Source of the DNA: Octopus sinensis
Taxonomy: Eukaryota
Direction of reading: 5' to 3'
Assembly (NCBI RefSeq): GCF_006345805.1
Contig: NC_043005.1
Location: forward strand, 46,252,001 to 46,316,000
DNA: 64,000 bases
Shown here: positions 1 through 11,603 of the stretch, in pieces
How the letters are laid out: every line of letters starts with the position of its first letter
Position numbering within the stretch: the stretch's first letter is position 1
The notes under the pieces: model-generated
Seen by the model: only the letters and a program-made list of their open reading frames with translations
What the model was told of the DNA's origin: nothing
Databases searched by the model: none
Program-made: the position numbers and the translations under genes

Positions 1-1
1 A

Positions 2-1273
2 CGAGGGACGTTCAATAAGTAATGCCTCTGACCCATTTGCAGTTGTTTGATCTAGCTGAAATTTTGCATGTGCAATCATTTATATCTCTATAGAGTAAGT
101 GACAGCTCTGAACTAATTGTGGTTTCTGATTTACAGGTGTTTGAACTGAGTCAAGTGTGAAATGGAGCCTGTTCAGTGTCGAGCAGTGATCCGGTTTTTG
201 TATTTGAAAGGACGCACACCACGGGAGACTTTTGATGAAATGAAAGTAACTTATGGTGATGATGCCCCATCATATGACCTTGTAAAACGCTGGCATCGTG
301 AATTCAAACATGGTCGGAGCACTGTGGAAACAGCTCCCAGATCCGGTCGCCCCCTTCTGCCATTGATGAGACATCTGTACGTCAAGTTGAGGCTGACATT
401 TTGGAAGATCGACGCATAATTATTCGCCAAATAGCCCATGAGGTCAAGATTAGTACCGGGTCTGTGGAAACTATCATTCATGACCATTTGCATATGCAAA
501 AGGTGTCTGCCAGATGGATTCCCAGGTTGCTCACGCCTTTCCAGAAGCAAGAACTCGTCGAGTGCTTGGAGATGTGCCAAGAAGATGAGTCAAAATTTTT
601 CAAAAGACTGATTACACAGGATGAAACCTGGGTCCATCACGATGATCCAGAGACCAAAGCCCAGTCAATGCAGTGGAAGCACCGTGACTCACCCCCTCCA
701 AAGAAGGCAAGGGTGCAGCCCTACGCTGGTAAGGTCATGCTCACAGTCTTCTGGGACCAGGACGGAGTAGTGATGACAGATTTCCTGGCAAAGGGTACCA
801 CAATTACAGGAGCCTATTATGCTTCACTTTTGAGGAAATTAAGAGAAGTTATCAAAATCAAGAGGCGGGGCAAGATCAGCAAAGGCATCCTCCTCCTGCA
901 GGACAACGCTCCGGTCCACAACTCGCTTGTCGCCAGATCAGAAGCACAGGCGTATGGCTATGAACTCCTCCCCCATCCCCCCTACTTTCCTGACCTTGCA
1001 CCCTCTGATTTTCACCTCTTCCCAGTCATGAAGTTGTTTTTGAAAGGAAAGCGTTTCCCAGATGATGCAGCCTTGATTTCTGAAGTCACGTTCAGGTTGG
1101 AGGACCAAGCAGAGGTCTTCTACAAAAACGGTCTCCAGAGCTGCATCAAACGATGGTAGAAATGCGTAACTCTGGGTGGTTCCTATGTAGAAAAAGATAA
1201 TAACTGTGCCAAGTTTCGTTGCTCTACTGCTATAGGAAGTGGGTCAGGGGCATTACTTATTGAACGCCCCTCG
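2..1273 (+). mobile_element. Full-length mariner DNA transposon (~1.27 kb) with both TIRs
   Basis: Left TIR CGAGGGACGTTCAATAAGTAATGCCTCTGACCC from 2 is the near-perfect reverse complement of GGGTCAGGGGCATTACTTATTGAACGCCCCTCG (1241-1273). TA follows at 1274-1275; A at position 1 fits a TA cut by the window edge. Confidence 0.95.
162..1199 (+). pseudogene. Mariner transposase (DD34D), one frameshift near 352 and premature TAG at 1157
   Basis: ORFs 162-419 (HTH, RSGRP) and 401-1159 join after a 1-nt correction. Motifs WIPRLL, TQDETW, QDNA and YFPDLAPSDF, with 34 residues between the 2nd and 3rd Asp. KCVTLGGSYVEK continues past the stop. Confidence 0.93.
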
Positions 1274-1539
1274 TAAGCTACTATAAATCAGCACGATCTT
1301 TCCGGACAACCCAATAAAATATCTAAGTCGCATCTCAAATTATTACGCAAGCCCTGAATAAAAACAAAAAAGAGAGCCATATCTTAAAAAAATAAACGTA
1401 CAGGAAAAATCCAGTCCTGCTTTTGCTATTAGTTATGGAGAAATTGTATTAATAAAAAAGAAAGCACAATACAGATTACTGATTATTTAAATAATTAATG
1501 ATATAGCAACGTTCTTTTATCTTCATGATATCGCTTTCA

Positions 1540-1746
1540 AGTGTTGGCACCAGGCCAGCACTTTCAGGGGAAGGGTAGCTCGATGAAATCAACTCCAGTG
1601 TTCAAGTGGTATTTATTTTATCGACCCCCAAAAGGATAAAAGGAAAATTCGACGTCAGCGGAGTTTTGAACTCTGAACGAAAAGACGGACGAAATGCCGT
1701 TAAGTATTTTGTTCGGAATGCTAACGATTCGGACAGCATGCCGTCT
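1540..1746 (-). mobile_element. tRNA-derived SINE, family B (diverged)
   Basis: Aligns by eye with the family B copies at 6486-7026 and 51701-51911. Confidence 0.75.
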
Positions 1747-2209
1747 TCAGTATTCATAACATCAATCACTAAGAATGAACTAAATAAATTTAATTTACAA
1801 TTTATATATCCAGTGTATAGAATTATGTATACAGACTTTCACACACACGCGCGTGCGCACACACGCACACTCTCTCTCACCTGGTCCCATAGCTATATTT
1901 TATAGTTTAAAAGTTTCACCAAAGAAACACTGCTTTCGATAAACCATAGACACCTGCTGTCTATAAATTTAAGAAAGTAGACGCTTTTTTGCTTATTCTG
2001 CTAAAGCGTTAAATATGTAAATAAAACTAATTAGTTCTAAATTTTTTTTTATTTAACTCGTAATGAATCCTGCTTGGATTTCTGGTCTCCTTGATCTTTG
2101 ATTTAAGAATTTCCTTACATCCCCACCCTCACATGCACACACACATACACACACACTAAGGTGTATATGTATGTCTGTGTGTATGTATGTGCATATGTAT
2201 GTATATATG

Positions 2210-2254
<45 letters not shown>

Positions 2255-2271
2255 TATATATATTATATATG

Positions 2272-5200
2272 TATAATTAATTAATAAGGGTGAGAGAATT
2301 AGATACTAATTTAATAGTATATTTATTCAACACCAAGTGGCCTAGTGCTACGAGAAACCTGGATTATTATAATATTTTATAACATATTATAAATATTTTT
2401 ACAAAATAAATATAAGAGAGTGGTCACTATATTGCTCACTCTAGCACCAGTTAATCCAAAAGGTTTCAACCACGAAAATACATGATTCCCATGAAAGCCA
2501 GTACGACTGTTAGCTCACACGGACAGGGCAAGTAAAAAATAACAAAAATACAGATTATTTTGGGACAATTGTTTCGCTATTAATGAATTAAATGTAATAT
2601 TACTTACAAAACAATCCATTTGTAGCTCGTCAGCCAAGACTATCTGGATGAAATCCACTCAATCACACGCCAGATTTTACCATAACGATAAATACGCGTG
2701 TGGTTCAATTGATTACATCCGACTTGGTTGGGGCATTTGAATTATAACGTCGGATGTAATCAATTGAACCCACACGTATTTATCGTTATGGTAAAATCTG
2801 GCGTGTGATTGAGTGGATTTCATCCAGATAGTCTTGGCTGACGAGCTACAAAGGATTGTTTTGTAAGTAATATTACATTTAATTCATTAATAGCGAAACA
2901 ATTGTCCCAAAATAATCTGTATTTTTGTTATTTTTTACTTGCCCTGTCCGTGTGAGCTAACAGTCGTACTGGCTTTCATGGGAATCATGTATTTTCGTGG
3001 TTGAAACCTTTTGGATTAACTGGTGCTAGAGTGAGCAATATAGTGACCACTCTCTTATATTTATTTTGTAAAAATATTATAATATGTTATAAAATATTAT
3101 AATAATCCAGGTTTCTCGTAGCACTAGGCCACTTGGTGTTGAATAAATATACTATTAAATTAGTATCTAATTCTCTCACCCTTATTAATTAATTATAATT
3201 ATGCTGCATTTATTTCTAAATGCTGTATTTGTTTTCCGTGAAAGTTGGCGCGCTGTTGGTTGGGGCATTTGAATTATAACGTCGGATGTAATCAATTGAA
3301 CCACACGCGTATTTATCGTTATGGTAAAATCTGGCGTGTGATTGAGTGGATTTCATCCAGATAGTCTTGGCTGACGAGCTACAAATGGATTGTTTTGTAA
3401 GTAATATTACATTTAATTCATTAATAGCGAAACAATTGTCCCAAAATAATCTGTATTTTTGTTATTTTTTTACTTGCCCTGTCCGTGTGAGCTAACAGTC
3501 GTACTGGCTTTCATGGGAATCATGTATTTTCGTGGTTGAAACCTTTTGGATTAACTGGTGCTAGAGTGAGCAATATAGTGACCACTCTCTTATATTTATT
3601 TTGTAAAAATATTATAATATGTTATAAAATATTATAATAATCCAGGTTTCTCGTAGCACTAGGCCACTTGGTGTTGAATAAATATACTATTAAATTAGTA
3701 TCTAATTCTCTCACCCTTATTAATTAATTATAATTATGCTGCATTTATTTCTAAATGCTGTATTTGTTTTCCGTGAAAGTTTGGCGCGCTGTTGGTTGGG
3801 GCATTTGAATTATAACGTCGGATGTAATCAATTGAACCACACGCGTATTTATCGTTATGGTAAAATCTGGCGTGTGATTGAGTGGATTTCATCCAGATAG
3901 TCTTGGCTGACGAGCTACAAATGGATTGTTTTGTAAGTAATATTACATTTAATTCATTAATAGCGAAACATTGTCCCAAAATAATCTGTATTTTTGTTAT
4001 TTTTTACTTGCCCTGTCCGTGTGAGCTAACAGTCGTACTGGCTTTCATGGGAATCATGTATTTTCGTGGTTGAAACCTTTTGGATTAACTGGTGCTAGAG
4101 TGAGCAATATAGTGACCACTCTCTTATATTTATTTTGTAAAAATATTATAATATGTTATAAAATATTATAATAATCCAGGTTTCTCGTAGCACTAGGCCA
4201 CTTGGTGTTGAATAAATATACTATTAAATTAGTATCTAATTCTCTCACCCTTATTAATTAATTATAATTATGCTGCATTTATTTCTAAATGCTGTATTTG
4301 TTTTCCGTGAAAGTTTGGCGCGCTGTTGGTTGGGGCATTTGAATTATAACGTCGGATGTAATCAATTGAACCACACGCGTATTTATCGTTATGGTAAAAT
4401 CTGGCGTGTGATTGAGTGGATTTCATCCAGATAGTCTTGGCTGACGAGCTACAAATGGATTGTTTTGTAAGTAATATTACATTTAATTCATTAATAGCGA
4501 AACAATTGTCCCAAAATAATCTGTATTTTTGTTATTTTTTACTTGCCCTGTCCGTGTGAGCTAACAGTCGTACTGGCTTTCATGGGAATCATGTATTTTC
4601 GTGGTTGAAACCTTTTGGATTAACTGGTGCTAGAGTGAGCAATATAGTGACCACTCTCTTATATTTATTTTGTAAAAATATTATAATATGTTATAAAATA
4701 TTATAATAATCCAGGTTTCTCGTAGCACTAGGCCACTTGGTGTTGAATAAATATACTATTAAATTAGTATCTAATTCTCTCACCCTTATTAATTAATTAT
4801 AATTATGCTGCATTTATTTCTAAATGCTGTATTTGTTTTCCGTGAAGTTTGGCGCGCTGTTGGTTGGGGCATTTGAATTATAACGTCGGATGTAATCAAT
4901 TGAACCACACGCGTATTTATCGTTATGGTAAAATCTGGCGTGTGATTGAGTGGATTTCATCCAGATAGTCTTGGCTGACGAGCTACAAATGGATTGTTTT
5001 GTAAGTAATATTACATTTAATTCATTAATAGCGAAACAATTGTCCCAAAATAATCTGTATTTTTGTTATTTTTTACTTGCCCTGTCCGTGTGAGCTAACA
5101 GTCGTACTGGCTTTCATGGGAATCATGTATTTTCGTGGTTGAAACCTTTTGGATTAACTGGTGCTAGAGTGAGCAATATAGTGACCACTCTCTTATATTT

Positions 5201-5737
5201 ATTTTGTAAAAATATTATAATATGTTATAAAATATTATAATAATCCAGGTTTCTCTAGCACTAGGCCACTTGGTGTTGAATAAATATACTATTAAATTAG
5301 TATCTAATTCTCTCACCCTTATTAATAATTATAATTATGCTGCATTTATTTCTAAATGCTGTATTTGTTTTCCGTGAAAGTTTGGCGCGCTGTTGGTTGG
5401 GGCATTTGAATTATAACGTCGGATGTAATCAATTGAACCACACGCGTATTTATCGTTATGGTAAAATCTGGCGTGTGATTGAGTGGATTTCATCCAGATA
5501 GTCTTGGCTGACGAGCTACAAATGGATTGTTTTGTAAGTAATATTACATTAATTCATTAATAGCGAAACAATTGTCCCAAAATAATCTGTATTTTTGTTA
5601 TTTTTTACTTGCCCTGTCCGTGTGAGCTAACAGTCGTACTGGCTTTCATGGGAATCATGTATTTTCGTGGTTGAAACCTTTTGGATTAACTGGTGCTAGA
5701 GTGAGCAATATAGTGACCACTCTCTTATATTTATTTT
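2272..5737 (+). repeat. ~534-bp tandem array (about 5.6 direct units) preceded by a ~450-bp inverted partial unit, embedded in (TA)n; retrozyme/Penelope-like
   Basis: Marker GTCGGATGTAATCAATTGAACC recurs at 2749, 3281, 3817, 4351, 4885 and 5418. 2272-2723 is the reverse complement of 2749-3198. (TA)n lies on both sides. Confidence 0.95.
2834..2910 (+). ncRNA. Type I hammerhead ribozyme motif; repeated at 3367-3444, 3903-3979, 4437-4514, 4971-5048, 5504-5580 (+) and 2560-2637 (-)
   Basis: TTGG-CTGACGA-GCTA-(~42 nt)-TAGC-GAAA-CAATTG-TC-CCAA. Complete core, palindromic stem III ACAATTGT and GUC site. Stem I extends to CAGATAGTCTTGG/CCAAAATAATCTG. Confidence 0.85.
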
Positions 5738-5788
5738 ATATATATGTTATATATTATATATATATGTATATATATATATATGTATATG

Positions 5789-5826
<38 letters not shown>

Positions 5827-5919
5827 TATATGTATATCTATCTTTCTGTCTGTCTGTCTGTATGTATGTATGTATTCATGTCATGAGTTTGCATCAGTAC
5901 AAGACATCATAGATATATT

Positions 5920-6400
5920 CATTCATTCATGATATAATTATCATCGTTAGCAATAACTAGTTTTCGGATTGCTCGGTCAAAAAAGAAAAAGAAAAAAAGG
6001 TTCTTCAGAAGAGAAAAGTGTTTGGAGTGCCATTTTGACATTGCCCCTAATTCTGAAAGCTTTTCCACTGGTGAAGAGTTCAAGTGACCTGAATAAATAA
6101 AAACCTGATTGTGCTAGTTTCTGGCGAGTAATGGGGATATGATGTAGAGTTTTCTAGCCTAATGAATTTATCTTTTCTTGAGTTATCTTCACTGAATGTA
6201 GCCTTGCATTGTTGTGTCGTCGGATGACTCCTTTTCTGTCGATTAGAGCTTTTTTTTTATAATTTTATCATATATTTTTCCAGACAAAAGTTGATTGACA
6301 CGTTTAAGTTGTTGACAATAAAATCCTGCGGTGATGCTTTTCGCATGTCCCAATAATTCGAAGTGAACAATGCCTATTGTATTTCGCCATACTCACAGCA
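5920..6400 (-). pseudogene. Old mariner transposase fragment (C-terminal half)
   Basis: Minus-strand translation gives VWRNTIGIVHFELL..ITAGFYCQQL, RKGVIRRHNNARLH and HYSP..LAQSGFYLFRSL, which are degenerate HDNARPH and YSPDLAPSDYHLFRSL motifs. Confidence 0.8.
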
Positions 6401-6485
6401 AATGGAATTTCAGTTCGCGATGGCCATTGTTTTTTACGTGTATTGTTGGCATAGACTATTTATATCTTTTTTTTTACCCTAGACA

Positions 6486-7026
6486 TTTTTGGGGAGTGGG
6501 GGCCAGTCGATTAGATCGATGAAAGGCAAAGTCGACCTCAGCGGAATTTGAATTCAGAACGTAAAGACAGACGAAATACCTATTTCTTTACTACCTACAA
6601 GGGGCTAAACACACAGGACAAACAAGGACAGACACACGGGTTGTCGATTATATCGACCCCAGTGTGTAACTGGTACTTAATTTATCGACCTCGAAAGGAT
6701 AAAAGGCAAAGTCGACTTCGGCGGAATTTGAACTCAGAACGTAGCGGCAGACGAAATGCCGCAAAGCATTTCGCCCGGTGTTCTAACGTTTCTTATTTCT
6801 TTACTGCCCACAAGGGGCTAAACACAGAGAGGACAAACAAGGACTGACAAACGGATTAAGTCGAATATATCAACCCCAGTGCATAACTGGTACTTATTTA
6901 ATCGACCCCGAAAGGATGAAAGGCAAAGTCGACCTCGGCGGAATTTGAACTCAGAACGTAGCGGCAGACGAAATACCGCTAAACATTTCACTCGGCGTGC
7001 TAACGTTTCTGCCAGCTCGCCACCTT
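6486..7026 (-). mobile_element. SINE family B, concatemer of overlapping partial units
   Basis: AAAGGCAAAGTCGAC..GCGGAATTTGAA.TCAGAACGTA recurs at ~6522, 6701 and 6919. The tRNA-like head with B-box GAGTTCAAATTC is on the minus strand. Confidence 0.85.
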
Positions 7027-7124
7027 AGACTGTTGATATCTTATCTATTCAAGTCACTAAGGCGGTGAACTGGCAGAATCGTTAGCAAGCCGAGAAAAAT
7101 GCCTAGCGACATAAAAAACCAAAA

Positions 7125-7745
7125 TATTGGAAAACGAACTTTTTTCGAACACTCTACAACTATCTCTGTTCTTCCTCTGTTGTTCTTCTTTCTTTCTGTT
7201 TTTCTCTTCTCCCCATCACCGTTCTCTTTCTCTCCCTTTCTCTCTCTCCCTCACGCATCATCCTTGCTCACACGTGACCAGCGACTATCTTCCTTTTCCC
7301 TCTTGCTTTACAAGAGACAAGACACACTTTTGCCCGTCTCCTGTTAAAGATCGTTTCTCCAGCGTTCACCACTTCATCTCGTTATGGCTTAAGAAGCCTT
7401 GCCGTTTGTTTTTACTGTTTTGTTCTTACTGTCTTGTTTTTGTTACCACTTTAATCCTCCGCAAATCCCAAATTTTATTTAATTTGCTTTGCGGGAACGA
7501 CTGTTTTAAATAAGTCACGTCTTGTCCCAACGTTTGAAACACGGAGTAGATAAAACAGGGGACAACTGATGAAGGGATTGTTCTTTATGTTGCCTGCCTC
7601 GTTTCTCTAGTTGCTTCTTTCGTTGTTCGAAAAAAAAGTTCATTTTCCATGTTTTTGTTTATTTCATGTTCTCATTTTTCATTTTGTTCACGTTTTTTGA
7701 CGTCCTGTACCCATATATGCATGTTCATACCTACATATAAATATA
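7125..7745. mobile_element. Unclassified interspersed repeat with short inverted segment, related to 38650-38940 and 27345-27930
   Basis: AAAACGAACTTTTTTCGAACA (7131-7151) is inverted to TGTTCGAAAAAAAAGTTCATTTT (~7625-7647). Its 3' end GTCCTGTACCCATATATGCATGT is shared with 38858-38880. CACGTGACCAG is shared, inverted, with ~27853. Confidence 0.55.
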
Positions 7746-8028
7746 TATGTAGGTATGAACATGTATGTATGTATGTATGTATGTATGTATGTATGTATGT
7801 ATGTATGTATGTATGTATGTATATATATATTTATATATAAGGCAGCAGTTTTATTAATTATAGGGAATTGCACATCCATGCACAGCCACGAGTGAAACTG
7901 TTGATAAATATCCAAACACCCAAGGACTTCACACTTTCTATTTCGTAGTAAAACTTTACCGATAATTCGTGAACGTGATAACTGCATGCTGTCTGCCAGA
8001 ATATGATGGATCTCAACATTGTATTCTT

Positions 8029-8525
8029 CCTTTATCTTATCTTTTGCTTGTTTCAGTCATTAGACCGCGGTCATGCTGGGGCACCGCCTTCAAAGATATT
8101 TAGTCGATTGAATCGACTCCAATACTTATTGTTTGTTTTGTAAATACCTGGTACTTATTCTATCGGTCAATTCTACCGAACCGCTAAGTTACGGGGACGT
8201 AAACACAGCAACACCGGTTGTCAAGCAGTGGTAGGGCGCGCGCGCACACACACATACACACTCATATATGTATGTATGTATATGTGTGTGTGTATGCGCG
8301 CGTGTGTGTATATATCTATGTGTGTGTCTTTGTGCTAGGGTATCCGCTATCGCTTCACAACCGGTATTGCTTTGCTTACGCCCTCGTAACTTAGCGATAT
8401 AAGGATTGATAGAATAAGTATAAGCCTTAAAAAATAAGTACTGGGGCCGATTAGTCCGACTAAAAATCCTTCAAGACGATACCCTAACGAGGTCACAGTC
8501 CAATAACCGAAACAGGTAGAAAAAA
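8029..8525. mobile_element. Two SINE family A 3' halves in opposite orientation around a CA/TG/TA microsatellite
   Basis: 8029-8250 matches the family A tail on the minus strand; 8320-8525 matches the same tail on the plus strand. Confidence 0.7.
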
Positions 8526-9030
8526 TTAATAAGTTAAAAAAAAAAAAAGAATGTTAAGATGACACCAGAATCTGAACTTCGATAAATAAAACTAGAAAAT
8601 TGCAGCAAAGCTATATGATAGTGGTGTCAGATGTTGCATGCCGACCATCATATAACTTATTCTATTCTTCTCTTCCGTTTTATTTTGACATGCGCATTGC
8701 GTTTTTATTGTCCTCTTCCGTTTTACGAATTCAACGTGCACAGGCACATTACGTGTTCATATTTTTCTTTCCAGTTCCTACTCAAAACTCTTTATAGATC
8801 ACAACCATCTCACGAACTCATGGTCCTGAGGAGCGCGAAGCACTCCGATAGTTGTCAAAAAAGGCTAAGAATAACTTGACTGCATTTGATTCTGTCAATA
8901 ACGGTTTGTGAAAAATGATGTTCTGACTAGTCATGAAAACAGAAACCTTCAGAATCTCAAATTAAATTAAAGTTCAATTTTATGCTAGAGTTCACTATCA
9001 TATTACTAAAAATCGAGGGAAAAAATAATT

Positions 9031-9392
9031 ATGCAGGTATGGTCGAATAGTAAGACGTTTGCTTCCCAACCACATGATCTCGGGTTCAGTCCCACTACGT
9101 AGCAATTTTGGCAGCTGTCTTCCACTATAGCCCCGAGCCAACCAAAGACTTGTGAGTGGATTTGGTTGACGGAAACTGAAATAAGTCTGTATCCCCCACT
9201 ATCACTTGATAATCGGTATTGGTTTGTTTACGCCCCTGGAACTTAGCAGTTTTGCAATAAGAGACCTATAGACTAAGTACCAGGCTTTAAAAAAAAATGG
9301 TTACTTGACTAAACTCTTCAAGGCGGTTCCCCAACTTGGTCGCAATCCAATGACTGAAACAAGTAAAAGACAAAGTATAAAAGATAAAAGAA
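9031..9392 (+). mobile_element. SINE family A (tRNA head, CORE-like segment, TAAAAGA tail)
   Basis: B-box GGTTCAGTCCC, then GGATTTGG..GACGGAAACTGAA, and tail TGACTGAAACAAGTAAAAGA, as in 31782-32197. Confidence 0.8.
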
Positions 9393-9923
9393 TAAACCCA
9401 AATTAACAGGATCTGCATTGGCAATTAACCGATCAATTTTAATTACATTTGATGATAAATAGTTCAGAGTTTTCAAAAGTTATGCAATTAACCTAATTCT
9501 TCTCTCATCCAATATGCAATTAAAGGGAGTCGACTTGATATTTAGTTTGAAATTCATTCGTGAATTTGTTGTTGTTTCCTTTTTTGTTTTGTATAAAGTA
9601 GGCCATGGTGGAGTAGACTTGTAATCAAAGGCGTTCCAGCCGTGACTATCCCATCTTGTTTAGATACAGTGCAACCTAGGATCACATTATTCAACATGTC
9701 TTTTCATTTTTCAAAGACTTTTTGTTCGGCGCACCGATTCTGCAATTCCCCTTGGTATACACTCTCACACTAAAGATTGAGTACTACTTATAATACACAC
9801 ACACACACGCACGCACACACACATACACACACACACACACACATATGCATGCATAGCCTAGTGATTGTGTGCGTGTGCATAAGTATATCAGTACATCAAC
9901 TGTGCGTGTGTGTGTGCTCGTAT

Positions 9924-10056
<133 letters not shown>

Positions 10057-10539
10057 TATACACACACACATACACACGCACACACATATATAATATATGA
10101 AGAGAGAGAGAGAGAGAAATAGAAAGGGGTGTGAGAGAGAGGAGGGAAGAAAGAGACAGACAAATAGACAAACAAGGAGAAAAAGAGAGAGAAAAAGAGA
10201 GATTTGCGTGGCCTGCTAAATAGTTAATTAATCTTATACGGCTTCTGTAACACACCGCTAATGTAACATAGCATGTGTTGAAAGTATCAAGTTAATACTA
10301 TAATCCAATAAACCTATCTTTATGATCGATTCATTCAAATTATCTTTCTGAGAAGTTATTCGTTTCATACATAAACTTGTCAGTGAATAATTTAGTATAA
10401 CTAATCTGTTAATGTGGAAATTCTAATGAACATGAGTATTGAATAGTTTGGACAATACAGTACCTCATGCATTAGTAGGAGTTCTAAATGTGTCGCAGAC
10501 GACTTTGCATTTTATCCCTCCACGATTCGATAACTGGTA

Positions 10540-11083
10540 CTCCGTCGGTTACGATGAGAAGGGTTCCTTCCAGCTGATCCGATCTACGGAACTGCCTACT
10601 CGTGAAATTAACGTGCAAATGGTACTACTTACGAAGAATGGTCCAGGTGCGCGCACTCGCGTACTCACGCATTCGCGCTAGCTTGTCGTGACTAGTCGAT
10701 CCTACAACGACTACCTAGCAAAGTAAATAAAACACAAACTAAATATTTTTTTTCACACAAAATAAATAATTTTTTAAAAATAAAGTAAACAAAACACATA
10801 AAACACAAAGTAAGGATCGATTAGTCACGACTAGCTAGCGCGGATGCGCGAGTACGCGAGTGCGCGCACTCTTCTTAAGTATGTGATAAGCTTGGGCCTT
10901 TGAATTACAGTTACAACTCATTTCTACCAGTTACAACTCATTTTGAGCAAAGTGAAATAAAGTGTTGACTGGAGCAACGTGAAATAATGAGTGTTGCTCA
11001 AGTACACAACGCGTTGTCCGGTATCGAACTTACGTTCTTAAGAACGCGAGTCGAATATCCTAACCATTTAGCCACGCGCCTTC
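10540..11083 (-). mobile_element. SINE family C (minus strand), interrupted by a MITE
   Basis: 10540-10622 and 10882-11083 are reverse complements of the tail and head of the SINE at 11274-11603. Confidence 0.75.
10628..10879. mobile_element. MITE with ~60-70 bp GC-rich TIRs and TA flanks
   Basis: GTGCGCGCACTCGCGTACTC..GTCGATCCTAC (10647-10705) is inverted at 10810-10869. Outer CTTACGAAGA / TCTTCTTAAG; TA at 10626-27 and 10880-81; A-rich spacer. Confidence 0.85.
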
Positions 11084-11273
11084 CAAGATTCGATAAAAGA
11101 GAGACAAATATAGTTAATCGCTGGCACTATTCTTATAGAAATAGTTAAACTGTTTTCCATAACTTCTCGGAAGCCGTGTGGCCTAGTGGATGCGGTATTG
11201 TTCAAAAGAGCGTGGTTTCGATTCCAAGACCAGTGATGCGTTGTGTTATTGAGTAAAACACTTCATATCACGT

Positions 11274-11603
11274 GGTGAGGGCGCGTGGCTTAGTGGTTTG
11301 GGCATTCGGCTCATGATCGTAAGGTTGTGAGTTCGATTCCCGGCGACGCGTTGTGTCCTTGAGCAAGACACTTTATTTCACGTTGCTCCAGTCCACTCAG
11401 CTGGCATAAATGAGTTGTACTTGTATTTCAAAGGGTCAGCCTTGTCACTCTCTGTGTCACGCTGATTATCCCCGAGAACTACGTTAAGGGTACACGTGTC
11501 TGTGGAATGCTCAGCCATTTGCACGTTAATTTCACGAGCAAGCTGTTCCGTTGATCGTATCAGCTGGGACCCTCGTCATCGTAACCGGCGGAGTCTTTTT
11601 TTT
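11274..11603 (+). mobile_element. SINE family C, full length with 12-bp TSD
   Basis: A-box TGGCTTAGTGG, B-box GAGTTCGATTCC, central TTGTGTCCTTGAGCAAGACACTT. TSD TTCATATCACGT at 11262-11273 and 11604-11615. Confidence 0.9.

Noticed and set aside
3734-4073. ORFs inside the 534-bp array
   Set aside because: Short, dependent on single-base indels in one unit, and with no recognisable domain.
2724-5737. CRISPR-like array
   Set aside because: Units are entirely repeated with no unique spacers, and the context is eukaryotic.
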